Part shown: one piece after another, positions 48,840 through 61,217 of the stretch
Layout of the letters: each line of letters begins with the position of its first letter
Numbering within the stretch: the stretch's first letter is position 1
DNA from: Octopus bimaculoides
Lineage: Eukaryota
Length of the DNA: 64,000 bases
Assembly: GCF_001194135.2 (NCBI RefSeq)
Contig: NC_068982.1
Coordinates: 109,325,828-109,389,827 of the forward strand
Direction of reading: 5' to 3'
Notes under the pieces: generated by a model
What the model was told of the DNA's origin: nothing
What the model saw: the letters and a program-made list of their open reading frames with translations, nothing else
The model's database searches: none
Program-made: the position numbers and the translations under genes

Positions 48840-50739
48840 ATACAACATCAGGTGTCTGGTAACGCTCTGGAAATAAAATGACACACGGACATTACCTTAC
48901 CCCAGCTTATGAGAGACGTACTTACACAGAAACTCTAGTGATAACAGCGTAAATGAGGCTGGACCTTTAAATGAAGGCCACTTACCCGGCAGTGGTTCAA
49001 TACAAATGCAGACTATAACAGTGTAATGAGAAGGAAATGGACAAGCGACGAGAACAGAGTAGTGATGCAGTGCTACTTGGAAAGTGAACCCAAAGTAAGA
49101 GATTACAAAAAATGTATTTTAGCACTTTGGGTAAAGAAAGGTACGTTTGATGTAACTGAGCAGAGACTAGTGGACCAGATTAATACTATCAGGAGAAATA
49201 AGTAGATGACTGAATTGGAGGTAGAAGGGACTACAAGAAAACTAAGAAAAGAAAGATCAAGAAATAGAACAGTCATACAGCATAAACCAGGATGAAGTAA
49301 GATGCAGGATGAAGGAAGATCAGAAGATTTTAGATGTGCCGAAGGAAGTCATACGTAAAGAAGAAAGAAAAAGATTACCAGCATTAAAAGGTGGTGATAG
49401 AAGGAAGTTGCTGCATTGACTAGGAAAGTAGATTCAGTTATCAGTTGGATAGATGCTAAAATTATAGGTGACACTGACTTATTGATTTATGCATCGGAGG
49501 TAAGACTTTATTAACAGGCAAGGTATTCCTCAAGGAAAGAATATGAAGGAGAAGATGTAGAAAAGAGATTAGAAAACAAATTAAAGACTTTAAGGCAAGA
49601 TCAGAGTAAAATAGAAACCTGGAAACAGGACAAGTTTAGAAACACAAGATTTAAATCTTCTCTAGAGAAAAAATGTTTAGTCAAAGAGAAAGGATTTGGA
49701 ATAATCATGGAAGAGCTGAAGCAGGATATCATAGCAATAACAGGTAAGCTTTCCAGATATCAGAAAAGAATAGACTAATATCAACAGAACAAATTGTTTG
49801 AGACAGACCAGAGAAGATTGTATCGCTAAATAAAGAGGGTAGAGAAAACTACTCAAAATGAGAAGCCTAATGCAGAAGAAGATAGAAAGTTCTGGAATAA
49901 TATTTGGGATAAGCCAGTTAATCCTAATGAAGATGCAGCAAAGTTACAGAAAGTGAAGGAACAAATAGTTAGTGAGAAGCAACCAGATCTGAAACTAACT
50001 AGTGCATTAATGAGTAAAGTGTTAAGAAGAATGCCGGATCAGAAAAGTCCAAGACCAGATTTAGTTCAAGGGTACTGGTTAGAGAAATTTAGCAAGTTGC
50101 ATGAGAGACTAAGGGAACAACTTCAGGATTACTTGAATGGAGGCGTCATATCTAATTGGCTGACTGGAGGTAGAATGTAGTATACTGGCACAGAAAGAAC
50201 ACAAGAAAAGACATGACAACCTAAGGTAAATTATCAACTGGAAGTTATGTAGAAAGCTAGGATTTGACCATACTGACAGGTACTATGGACATGAACCTAG
50301 TACATTGCAACAAAGTAAGCTATATATGATATTATGGGATTTTAACATTCAACTGACAGACTAATAGAAGCTGGAAAGCCTGATTTATAGTCATAGACAA
50401 AGAGAATAGAAAGTGATTGGTAATTGATGAGAAAATTAATATGAGCAGTATAGAGAAAATATCAAAGTACCAGGACCTAGATATTGAGTTACGGAGGCTA
50501 TGGAAAGTGCGAGTAAAATATATCCCTATAGTTATAAGTACATGAGGAACTATTCCTAAACATTTGAACAGATGGATAGAAGAGATAGGTATAAAACCTA
50601 ATTTAGTGCAGCTCCAGAAAACAGTGTTATTAGGGACAGCTAGGATACTTAGGAAGGTTCTTGGCATCTAAGCCCGATGTTAGGATTTTTTTCTCCAACA
50701 GTCTAACCTGTCATCCGTGAATGGAATAAGAATACTAAT
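48840..50739 (+). mobile_element. R4/Dong-like LINE with the RT domain deleted
   Basis: N-terminal RRKWTSDENRVVMQCYLES...FDVTEQRLVDQINTIRRN; pre-RT KSPRPDLVQGYWLEKFSKLHERL...NWLTGGR (to ~50177); then directly ILAQKEHKKRHDN...NWKLCRKLGF..YYGHEP, WDFNIQ, KYQDLDIELRRLWKVRVKYIPIVI...LQKTVLLGTARILRKVLGI* (stop 50668-70); ends in aataagaatactaat. 5' boundary approximate. Confidence 0.88.
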
Positions 50740-50744
50740 CCTTT

Positions 50745-51160
50745 ATTTTAATGGCACATGACCTGAAATTTTGTGGGGAAGGGGAAAGTTGATTACATTG
50801 ACCCCAGTACTCAGCTCGTAGTTGTTTTATCGACCCCCAAAATGAAAGGCAAAATCGACGTTGGCGGGATTTGAACTGAGAATGTAAGTCCGAAAGAAAC
50901 ACTGTAAACATTTTCTGTGTCGCGGTAAAGATTCCCGCTGATCGCCGCCTTGATAACAATCCCTTCTATCAAAGGCACAAAGCTTGAAATTTGTTGGTGA
51001 AGGGGCTATTGGTACTTATTTTATCGACCCTGAGAGGATAAAAGGCAAAGTCGGCCTCAGCGGAATTTGAACTTAGAACGGGAAGATGGACGAAATGCCG
51101 CTAAGCATATATGTCTAACATGCTAACGATTGCCCCAGCTTGCCACTTTTCGCTGCTTTG
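50745..51160 (-). mobile_element. Head-to-tail dimer of SINE family 1
   Basis: Two minus-strand copies (50745-50951, 50970-51160) containing ttttatcgacccc...gaaaggcaaa.tcg.c; heads preceded by attgttatc / attattatc. Confidence 0.88.
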
Positions 51161-52981
51161 ATAATAATATTTTTTTTACACAAGAATAATACTGAATACA
51201 AAGAAATACCGATATAAAACATGAACCCGAAGGATATAAATAGATTCAGCAACCATCACATTCATACATTCATCGTAATTCATTCACCGAAACACCTATA
51301 TTTCATTTGTCTCCTGAAATTCTACCAATGCCAGTCAAGAGAAGGATATGCTTAATCTCAACCATTCAACGTTCATCTCTTTTTTCAACGCTTCTTTTCC
51401 TACATTTATTCAAACTCATATAATCGCATTCATAATATCACAATACTTACACTACTGGGAACATTTGAAATGGGATACATAAGTTCCTATGTCTATGTGC
51501 ACGTGGGCGTATATATTTGTGTGTTTGAATATATAGGATTATGTATGTCTGTGTCAGTGGTGTCTGTGCATGTATATATATATATATATNNNNNNNNNNN
51601 NNNNNNNNNNNNNNNNNNNNNNNNNNNNTATATATAAGTATGTATATATACACACAAACATATATTGTTTGTGATTGCACATATATACGTATGTATGTGT
51701 GTAATATATAAACGGAAACAGACATATATAAAACAATGATTGAAAGATATAGTGATGGAAAGATAGGTGATTGGGTAGATAGATAGAGCTATATGTAAAC
51801 CAGATCTCTCTCACTCTTTATCTTTCGTTGTGACTCTAATTTCAACAGTGTTTTTTCAGTTTATCAGTGATATTTCCCCTGTGTCGTGTGCAATGAAGGG
51901 AAGCTATCTCATCGGCGCAGCGTTCGGTTACAGAATCTTGTGACCAATCTCACAATATATTGACTAATCACACCTCCTACAACACTTCATAAAACGCATA
52001 GTTAAATATATACCCAAACTCGCTATCAAATACTACGTAAATATGTGCATTCGCATTTAAGCAAACTCAGGCGCGAGCGCGTATAGATTCACACACGCTC
52101 ACACAATCATAGACTCTCTGTCTCTCTCTTGTGTATACGTATAAATATACATGTATAAGTATAGATATTAATATTTAGCTCTCATTTCCCCCCTAATATA
52201 TATGTAAGTATTACACTATTAATATACAGCAAATGCGTCCCGACTAATAGACATATATATGCAAATGAGAGCATACACATATCCACATGTGTTTCTAATT
52301 GATTGTTGCCATTGTTCAGCCTCAGGTCGACAAGGTCAAGCATTCCAGCCTTGAATATCTTTTATTTTTCAAGTATCTACATTATCCAGTGTGTCCTTCC
52401 TATGTATAATATGAAAAACATTTCGCTGCTATTTCTAGCTTATATGAAAGAGTTTTCACTGCTATTTCTAGCTTATCGATCAACAACTTAAACATTTCCC
52501 TATTGATTGTCGCAAAGTTGCAATTTTCTGTAGTAAGAATACAGGCGATTGACCCTGCATGACTGATACTTATTTTATCAACTATAGTAAATGGAAAATC
52601 AGAAAAGTGAACTAAATATTATTTAAGCATATATTTAAACTCTCATTTCTGCCAATACACTTTGGATTGTAGACTTTTGGTATTACACTTTTGATAGTAG
52701 ACTCTTGGTAGTAGACATTTGGTAGTAGACTCAAAGTCAGAATACTGCTTTTATATCTGGGATATTGTTATTGTATCGCGTATAAATATTTCAGATGTAT
52801 AAATTATACTAAATAGGTATTCCATTGATTGAAAATGTTACTCACCATGCTGCAATGACTTGGCTAACAAACAGCGTCACTCTCTCTTTAAACTAGGCAC
52901 TACTGCAATACTCTTACTATGCTGAAAAATGTTACAGCTGCCTAATGTCACGCTAACTGCAATTTTTGGATAGCATGTTGA

Positions 52982-53202
52982 TAATTCTTTCTACTATAGG
53001 CACCAGGCCAGCATTTTTTTCTTTTTATTTTGGGAAGTCGATTATATCGACACCAGTGCTCAACTGGTACTTATTTTACCGACCCAGAAAGAATGAAAGG
53101 CAAAGTCGGCTTCGGCAGCATTTGAACTCGGATCATAAAGCCGGAAGAAACGCGGTTGGGCATTTTGTCTTCTTTGCTAACGATTATGACAGCTCACTGC
53201 TT
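52982..53202 (-). mobile_element. SINE family 1 copy
   Basis: ctcaactggtacttattttaccgacccagaaagaatgaaaggcaaagtcggcttcggcagcatttgaactc...gctaacgattatgacagctcactgctt. Confidence 0.88.
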
Positions 53203-53637
53203 TTAATCAGCAACAAAAAGAACAACAACAGCAATTGTAGTAATAATTATAATAGCGGGACCCATGAGTACTTGAGATACTCTGAAAACCACATCGATGG
53301 TAACATATAAAACCAAGACGATGAGTGAGAGCCAATACACATTTCAATTTGCGTACACCTTTCTATCCAATGCTTCTTTGCAGACTATGTTCTTGGTGTA
53401 AGTTCTCCCTCTTCTTTCTCTTGCTTGTCAGTGTTGATTACTTTAACTCTCACATCAGATAATTTGCGAGCCCTTGAAGAAGTTATAATAGGAAAATATC
53501 TAGCATATTTTCCTACATGTACAATTTTGTAACTTCTGTTAGCAAACGAAACACGTGTAATGGTGAATGAATAATATAATACATTTTACCAGTCTTCCGT
53601 TTTGATATAAACATACGTGCATGCATGCATACATACA

Positions 53638-53670
<33 letters not shown>

Positions 53671-53947
53671 TGGTGGAATGTCCCAATAAAAACCTCAATA
53701 AAGTGCAGACATAACAGACCGGATATAGTAATCTGGGACAGAGAAGAGAAACTCTGTACAGTAGTAGACATCAGCTGTCCTGCGGATGTCAACATCCCAC
53801 TAAAGATTAGAGAAAAAGAGAACAACTACGCCGAGCTACTGAGAAATTTGCAGATACTCCACCCAGACTACAAGTTCAGATTCATACCCGTGATTGTTGG
53901 GGCATTGGAATATGTAACGAACTGCCTCAACAAAAACCTGGAAAAAT
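53671..53947 (+). pseudogene. RLE endonuclease fragment of an R2/R4/NeSL-type LINE, truncated by gap
   Basis: Open frame WWNVPIKTSIKCRHNRPDIVIWDREEKLCTVVDISCPADVNIPLKIREKENNYAELL...FIPVIVGAL with the RLE RPD-x12-D...K..Y signature. Confidence 0.9.
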
Positions 53948-54192
53948 TNNNNNNNNNNNNNNNNNNNNNNNNNNNNNNNNNNNNNNNNNNNNNNNNNNNN
54001 NNNNNNNNNNNNNNNNNNNNNNNNNNNNNNNNNNNNNNNNNNNNNNNNNNNNNNNNNNNNNNNNNNNNNNNNNNNNNNNNNNNNNNNNNNNNNNNNNNNN
54101 NNNNNNNNNNNNNNNNNNNNNNNNNNNNNNNNNNNNNNNNNNNNNNNNNNNNNNNNNNNNNNNNNNNNNNNNNNNNNNNNNNNNNNNNNNNN

Positions 54193-54242
<50 letters not shown>

Positions 54243-55679
54243 TCACAAATACCTAGATGATGTTGATAAAAGTTCCAATGAAGGAACCTTGAATCTATGT
54301 TAGAGTCCGTCTCTTTCTCTATGGACAAGAAATACAGAAATGAAACTGATTGATAATATACAAAAACAGAAAGAATATGCTTAATCAGATTACAGCATGA
54401 AGTATCGAAGGGATTCTCAAAATATGTAAGACATTCAAGAAGTTCAGCATGTGAAAAATGCATATGCAAGCGTATAAAAATCCATGCCTCTAAAGGCATC
54501 CATACTTGCGCCCATCTATATGTGTGCACATAAATATGTACATGCACAGATCCTTATATGCATACATACATGCGTACATATATAATGTATACACACACAC
54601 TTATATACATAATAGGGTTAGTCAGAAAGTAATGCATTTTATTTGCTTTATTTGATTCACCCTCATAGATACATACATGTTTGTTTATGTGTGTGTGTGT
54701 GTGTGTGTGTAAAGTATACATGTTATGTATGAATCTCTCTTTCTGTTTCTCTCTCTTTTTATATAAATGTATGTCTATATATATATAATATACTCACCCA
54801 TACATTGTGTATACATATATGCATATTTACACACATAGAGAAATAGCTATCTAATATTCATGTACTCATATTCAAATATATAATATGCAGTTAACATGTG
54901 TTTATTCTGTTACTTTGCAATGAAATTATATGTTTGACTACCATTTTTTAAAGAACATTCACTTAGTTTGATATTATAAAATATATGGAAATAAAGAAAA
55001 AGTGAATTGAAAAAAAATGATAGAAACCTAAGAAAAACAAATAAAGAAAGAAAATCAAAGTAGTAAAATGAGATCAGATTTTTGATGGATTTCATATTAT
55101 AAAAGTTCTCTTTTCCAATTTTTTATCCATCCGTTAAAAACGTTAACTTTTCTCAGAGTTTACCAAGAAAAATCTAAATCGATAATACCGGCAACTCTTT
55201 GGTTCGATATTTAGAGAAATATTTATATACAAATAGGATCAAGTTAAAATGTATTGATTTTTATGGAGTTACTTGTAACTGAATATTTTACTGGCCTTTA
55301 GCTTCGGTCACTGTGTAATTAATATATAGTTATGACTTTAATATTGGTTGCATATTTGTTACATATATTTCAATATTTTACGCTCAATTGTATAATTTTC
55401 CTATCTAGCAAAATACCAACACGTGATATGACTTAATAAGTGAAGAAGATAGAAGAATGTGGGATGTAACAGGCAAACGATCACCAAGTGTAACATGAAC
55501 TGAATAAACTACAATGAGTAATCGAAAGCCTCTAGTAAACCCGTTTTTTGAGAACTTAGCTCCAATTTTATAGTGATCATTTTATTACTTAATTGATCTA
55601 TATACTTCGAATATGTATAAAAGAATCTCAGGTACCAATAGGCCACCAAAGAATCAAATAACAGCCCTTGTCATATGTC

Positions 55680-57780
55680 ATATGTACCTACAACTGCAGG
55701 TCTTTTGCAGGAAGAACCGGAGTGAGAGAAAAAGAAAATCAAATGCGATGTGCTAGGCCTCTGTGAAACATGTCGAAATAAATAAATATGAGATGGACAG
55801 ATGGAAGCGTCGTGACAGCAACAAGCGGTATAGGGTTCATCGTAAGTAAAGAATGGGTTTCGAAAATTGTTTCTTCACAACTGCTTTCATCACGCATCGG
55901 TGTGTTAAACATTCGTCCCTCAAGAAAAACTACTCTGAAGATCATCCCGACCTATGCTCCGCTTCCACAAATACGAGCAATGTTTGGTTACATGGCAGAA
56001 ACAAGAAGACTTTATATTGCGAACAACCTATACAGGAAGCAAACTGAAAGGAGGTGGGCCTGTATTGCCCCAAACTCTCAATACAAAAAGAAAATTCACT
56101 ACATCCTGGTCGATAAACGGTGCATATTGTAGGATGTCTCAGTAGTAGTACTATTCAACACAGACAGTGACCATCGCTTGCTATCGGCAAAGACGATGAT
56201 CAATGCAATGAAATAAAAAAGCTCTGCATATATCAATGAAAAATCAACGTGTCAAGGTCTTTGATGTGAAATATTTACAGCAAGCTACTAAGAAGGAAAT
56301 TTGGAGTCAACTTAAAGAGTTCAATGAGGCCATAATTTGCTGGTTCAGAAAATTAAGTTATATATAGAGAGCAAAAACTGCAAGCCAGCCAGAGCCTGGT
56401 TAAAGAATCACGGAGGAGACGAAGAAGATGCTAGAGAAACGGAAAACGAGGAAGAGGAATATGAAAGATCATCTCGTGTATTTCATTCCATACAAAGCGA
56501 TCAGACAATATCTAAGAAATGACTTCGAGAATTATAGACTGAAGAAATCGATGTACGCCGCATAGGAAAGAAAAAGCTTAAAAAGATGCAGGAGAAGGCT
56601 AACTCTGTATAGGTGAAAGGTTACGGCGCTTAAGAACAAGGATGGACTCACGGTGTCAGATAAAGTGGAGATGGAAGAGATATGCAAAGCCTTCTACATC
56701 AGCCTCTTTAAACCATCAGTGAAGTATGGCCCCACACCATCACAAATGCTGAAAGCAGTGCTACCTATTCTGATCAGTGAAATTGAAAATGCCCTCAGAC
56801 TGATGAAAACAGACAAAGTTAACGGGAGGTGTAAAATTCTCGTTCTATGTTTCAGTCACTGTCTCAAGGAGGGTGAAATACGCTTACTGTGGAAATAGTC
56901 AAATAGCATCCTGTTTCATCAAACTTTGATGAAGAAGATTAAAAACACTATCGTCCCATATGCCTCTTGTCTCATCTCTATAAGCTGTTTACATAAGTCA
57001 TAGACATCAAACTATCCAAATAACTCGACGAGGAGCGAACGAATAAAAGCTTCCTCTGTGTATCGCTTTTGTCGAAAAGGTCTTCGAAAGCGTCGAGACG
57101 AACGTAGTGTTGGAATCTCTGGAAATGTAAGATGTCGAGGCGTAATACATCAAACTGCTCAGAGATGCGAATTCTGGATGTACAACATATATAGCTGTTA
57201 TCACCATCAATAAAGGTCTCAGTTGAGGACAGTGTCAAGCAAGGAGATATCTTTTCAAAGCTCTTTGCCGCATGTCTAGAAATTGTCGTCAAGGACATGA
57301 ACTGGACAAGCAGTGTGGACATAAATGGCGAGCAACCAACACATCCCGATTCACAGATGACTTTGTACTCATGGCTGAAACCACAGATCAGTTGTACAAA
57401 TTGCTGACAGAGCTGAATCCTCGGAGCTTTGCAGAGGTTCTTAAAATGAACCACACAAAAACAAAATATATGCGGTCAGAAGACGTAGCACAAGGCCGAA
57501 TAGCGATGGGAAGTGATGACAGTGAGGAAGTAAGGGAGTATGTCTACACAGAGCACAGTAGATATGTGTCGAGATATGGATGCTGTAACCTCAAAGAGAA
57601 CAAGGGCAAGATGGAAGGAATTTAACTCTAAGGGTGTGCTCCAAACAAAGCTAACCAATGCCATACTTGCCAGATGGAAAAGAATGGCGCAATGAAGACA
57701 ATTGGAAGCGCATTGTGACCAGCGGTGTATAACAGCTTCTGATTTTCTGGTCGATACTGTGGTGCTGTGATGTATAAATA
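55680..57780 (+). mobile_element. Decayed RTE-clade LINE (APE endonuclease plus RT), internally deleted
   Basis: CTYNCRS, KCDVLGLCET, GIGFIV, SSRIGVLNI, TYAP, IHYILVD, DSDHRLL (APE); then VKQGDIFSKLF, RFTDDFVL, LKMNHTKTKYM (RT); multiple stops and frameshifts. Confidence 0.88.
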
Positions 57781-57796
57781 TTATGGTTATATGTAG

Positions 57797-58013
57797 AAGG
57801 CGGTGAGCTGACAAAAACGTTAGCACGCCGGGAGAAATGCTTAGCGGTATTTGGTCTGTCTTTACGGTCTGAGTTCAAATTCCGCTAAGGTCGACTTAGC
57901 CTTTCATCCTTTCGGGGTCGATAAATTAAATACCAGTTGTGTACTGGGTCGATCTAATCGACTGACCCTCTCCCAAAAATTTCGGGCCTTGTGCCTAGAG
58001 TAGAAAAGAATAT
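57797..58013 (+). mobile_element. Young full-length SINE family 1 copy with 13-bp target-site duplication
   Basis: aaggcggtgagctg...gagttcaaattcc...gtcgacttagcctttcatcctttcggggtcgataaattaaataccag...gtagaaaagaatat; flanked by tggttatatgtag (57784-96) and tggttacatgtag (58014-26). Confidence 0.93.
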
Positions 58014-58599
58014 TGGTTACATGTAGGTTGAAGGAATGGCGAAAATGACCAAGTATTAAAGTGCCATACAGTATTAAGTCTTCTCTCTCTAGATTTCGAC
58101 ATCAATTGTTACCTGGAATTAACTTTTCTGTTCATCTATCTGATTTCAATAAGATAAATATCATATATTTTCTAGGATAATCTCAATTCTCTATGCTATT
58201 CTCATATACAAAATAAAAATGTGACCTTAAGTCAATGTAAGGCATTGGTATTGGTTGTACTGTGATTGACGTTTATGAGAGATTTTAAATATAGGTTAAT
58301 TATTTGACCTACACAAAGCAAAAAGTGATTTCAAGTTTATATTACTTATTTCTATATAAAGTTTAGTATTGTACTATAACAAATTCATTATATCACTTCC
58401 GTACTTTGAAATTCATATAAAGGAAGGTGATAATGGCAATAGCAATCTCTTGATTGTTTAACCAACGTTTATTGTTTAACACACACAAACAGACACACTC
58501 GCACACTCTTATATGTATATATATACATATGTATATATATATATATATTGTGACATTGTGAAAAATTGTTATATCAACACGTCTTCATGTGCGGAATCT

Positions 58600-58600
58600 C

Positions 58601-58637
<37 letters not shown>

Positions 58638-58765
58638 ACTATCTGTCTATCTGTCTGTCTGTCTATCTGTCTGTCTGTCTGTCACTCTCTCTCTCTCTCT
58701 CTCTCTCTCATTCTCTCTTTCTCTCTTTGTGTATGTATATATATATATATGCAAAACTTATAGGG
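58600..58765. repeat. (TATC)n-(TGTC)n-(TC)n compound microsatellite
   Basis: Directly visible. Confidence 0.95.
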
Positions 58766-59021
58766 ATATATACAGCACTCACACGTCACCTCGCCTCTGA
58801 CTACTAAATCTAACCATTGATGCTAATGTGTCAGCACCACTCCCTTCACACGTACACTACTCACGTAAGCACAAGCATACACGTAGACAGATAATACCAC
58901 AAAGCCACACACACTGGCCACTTTATGTCCAGTTCGGGTCACTTCAGCCGTGTAACCACACACATTCTTTTCTTCGACTATTCTTTTTCTTCTCTCTGGA
59001 CTTTTTCTCTTTCCTCTTTTT

Positions 59022-59048
59022 TTGACGAAGAGCCATGTTCGAAACGTC
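59022..59048 (+). ncRNA. Minimal PLE-type hammerhead motif with C3U substitution
   Basis: UUGACGA-A-GAGC(CAU)GUUC-GAAA-CG-UC; helix II 4 bp (one GU), loop-less palindromic ACGU helix III; helix I degenerate. Confidence 0.5.
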
Positions 59049-60639
59049 ATATCCCACTCTTTTTTCCATCTTCACTGTGTTCGTCTTTTTGACTTTTGTT
59101 GTTCTTGTTTTATTTTTATTTTTTATTTGCCTATATATATATATATATATATATATNNNNNNNNNNNNNNNNNNNNNNNNNNNNNNNNNNNNNNNNNNNN
59201 NNNNNNNNNNNNNNNNNNNNNNNNNNNNAATAAGAGCTTTAGAGGTGAATGATCTTATGATAACAGAACCATTTTGTCAAAATAACCATACTTTTTATAT
59301 TACAAAATACCATTTATAAAATTGTGAAAGACAAAAGTAGAATCTAAAGATTTCATCACAACATTTAGTGAATACATACTTATCAAACTCCAAAATATAT
59401 ATAACATGCATCACGCCATAAATTATTTCAAATGTTTGCTTTCGTTCTACGCTAAGACAATCATTAATTAAACATTTTTATACATTTTTGTGCAGTAAAA
59501 ACAGTCAAAGAGGAAGAACCGATATAAATACCTATTATATCTCTAAGAACTGAATCTGTATTTTCAACAGACATAAAATTTTTCCAGAAGTCTATAATTG
59601 CTAATGAAAACAGATAAAATAGACAGTAACATAAAAAGGATTGCATTGAGAATGAAAAGTTTAAGAAAGCAGTATAAACAGGAAATGAAATGTTACTAGT
59701 AATTTAAATGGAATGAGAACTAAAAAAAAAGAGAGAAAGATGATGAATATGAAGATATGACCAGAAACAAAATCAACAAAAAACCTTAGTGAAACTCAAC
59801 TGAGATGTAAGAATAAAAGCTACAGGAAAGAACTAAGATGAATAAGGGTAAAATCGAATACAAATTATATATAAAACATCACAAACAAGCAGTGATGAAG
59901 AAGAATTTTATAGGAAGGAAATGAGAAAGAAGTAATGATGTTATTGGAGAAATAGATTAACAAAGAAATAAAGTGAACGATGAATAAAAAAGAATTTCAG
60001 GTTAAAGTTGGCGCAGAGTCAGAATTATGTAGAAGGCAAGAAACAAAGAGAAAGAAACAGTGAAGATAGTATTCGTCCACATTTGTGTTAATCACGAGAA
60101 AGAAGAGCTGTAAATTGAGTGTTGATGCTTACAAATAAGCTTGGTTTATTTAGATATTTGACTCACTTGTTAATGTTATTCATTTTTTTCTTTTATTTAT
60201 GGCTTGATACTTACTCAGGAATAGTTAGTTTGGCTTCAAAGATAATCTCTGATTTGAACTGTCATACAACTGCATACAGTTTATGCGAGGTTTCTCCGAA
60301 AGCATTTGAAATAATCTCTCTCTCCAACACATCCAGTCGTATGCACATCTGTGCGCCATACATGAATCTATTCATACATATGATCATTTACTTTGTTTCT
60401 TTCATTCTTTCTAACTTTATTCTCACGATGATGTATTTGAATGTTGATGTCTACAGTTGTCGATGATAGGATGCATATTTTTGTTATTTGTTTTATTAGA
60501 AAAAGAAAATTTTCAAAACGTTCACGTTCTTTTTCACCAAAACTGAATGCAGGGAAGTAAGCTTTAATATTAGCAATGAGAAGTCTTATGTACTGATTGA
60601 AAAGAACGGCAGAACTACACAGTCGTTAGAGAGTGGGAT

Positions 60640-60805
60640 ACCATGCTTTGTAGTTTTTAGTTACGGCTATTTACGTTCTGAGTTTTAAAAAATCTGTCAA
60701 TTTTAAATTTTATACTTCCGTGGTCGTCAAATAAAATATCAGATAAAGTACTAGGGTCGATATAACCACTGTTCCTTCTCACAAAATTTCTGTTTTTGTG
60801 TCTGT
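60640..60805 (+). mobile_element. Degenerate SINE family 1 copy
   Basis: acgttctgagtttt...gtcaaataaaatatcag...gggtcgatataacc...aaaatttctgttttgtgtct. Confidence 0.6.
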
Positions 60806-60989
60806 AAAAGATTATATATAACTTGAAAGATTACACATTAAGTTGTCTAACTATTTTAATATTTAACTTCCTGTCCGACACTTATCAAATATTAAAACAG
60901 AATTTAAAAAAATATCTGTCTTTGAGAACAGTGTTTGATTTAATCTTAATATAGTGATCTAAACAAATACTTACCGAATGATCTATGTA

Positions 60990-61217
60990 TTGAGTTGTCC
61001 AGAAAGTTCGTGCCGATTTATTGTAGCTTACCTTTCGACTTATTTGCCATGAAACCACCTCAATTCTGGGAAGAGGGTATTTTCAAGTTAAAGGAAAGAT
61101 AGAGACGCATTGTGCAACAAAATGGTTGGTATTTGGTTGATTAAAAATGTAATGGCAAGTATTTATTGACCTTTTTCTTTTCTTTAAAAATCGGCAATAA
61201 CTTTCCGGACAACCCAA
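60990..61217 (+). mobile_element. 228-bp non-autonomous (internally deleted) mariner
   Basis: TIRs ttgagttgtccagaaagttcgtgccgattt / aaatcggcaataactttccggacaacccaa, TA on both sides (60988-89, 61218-19); interior retains transposase C-terminus FWEEGIFKLKER*RRIVQQNGWYLVD*. Confidence 0.9.
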
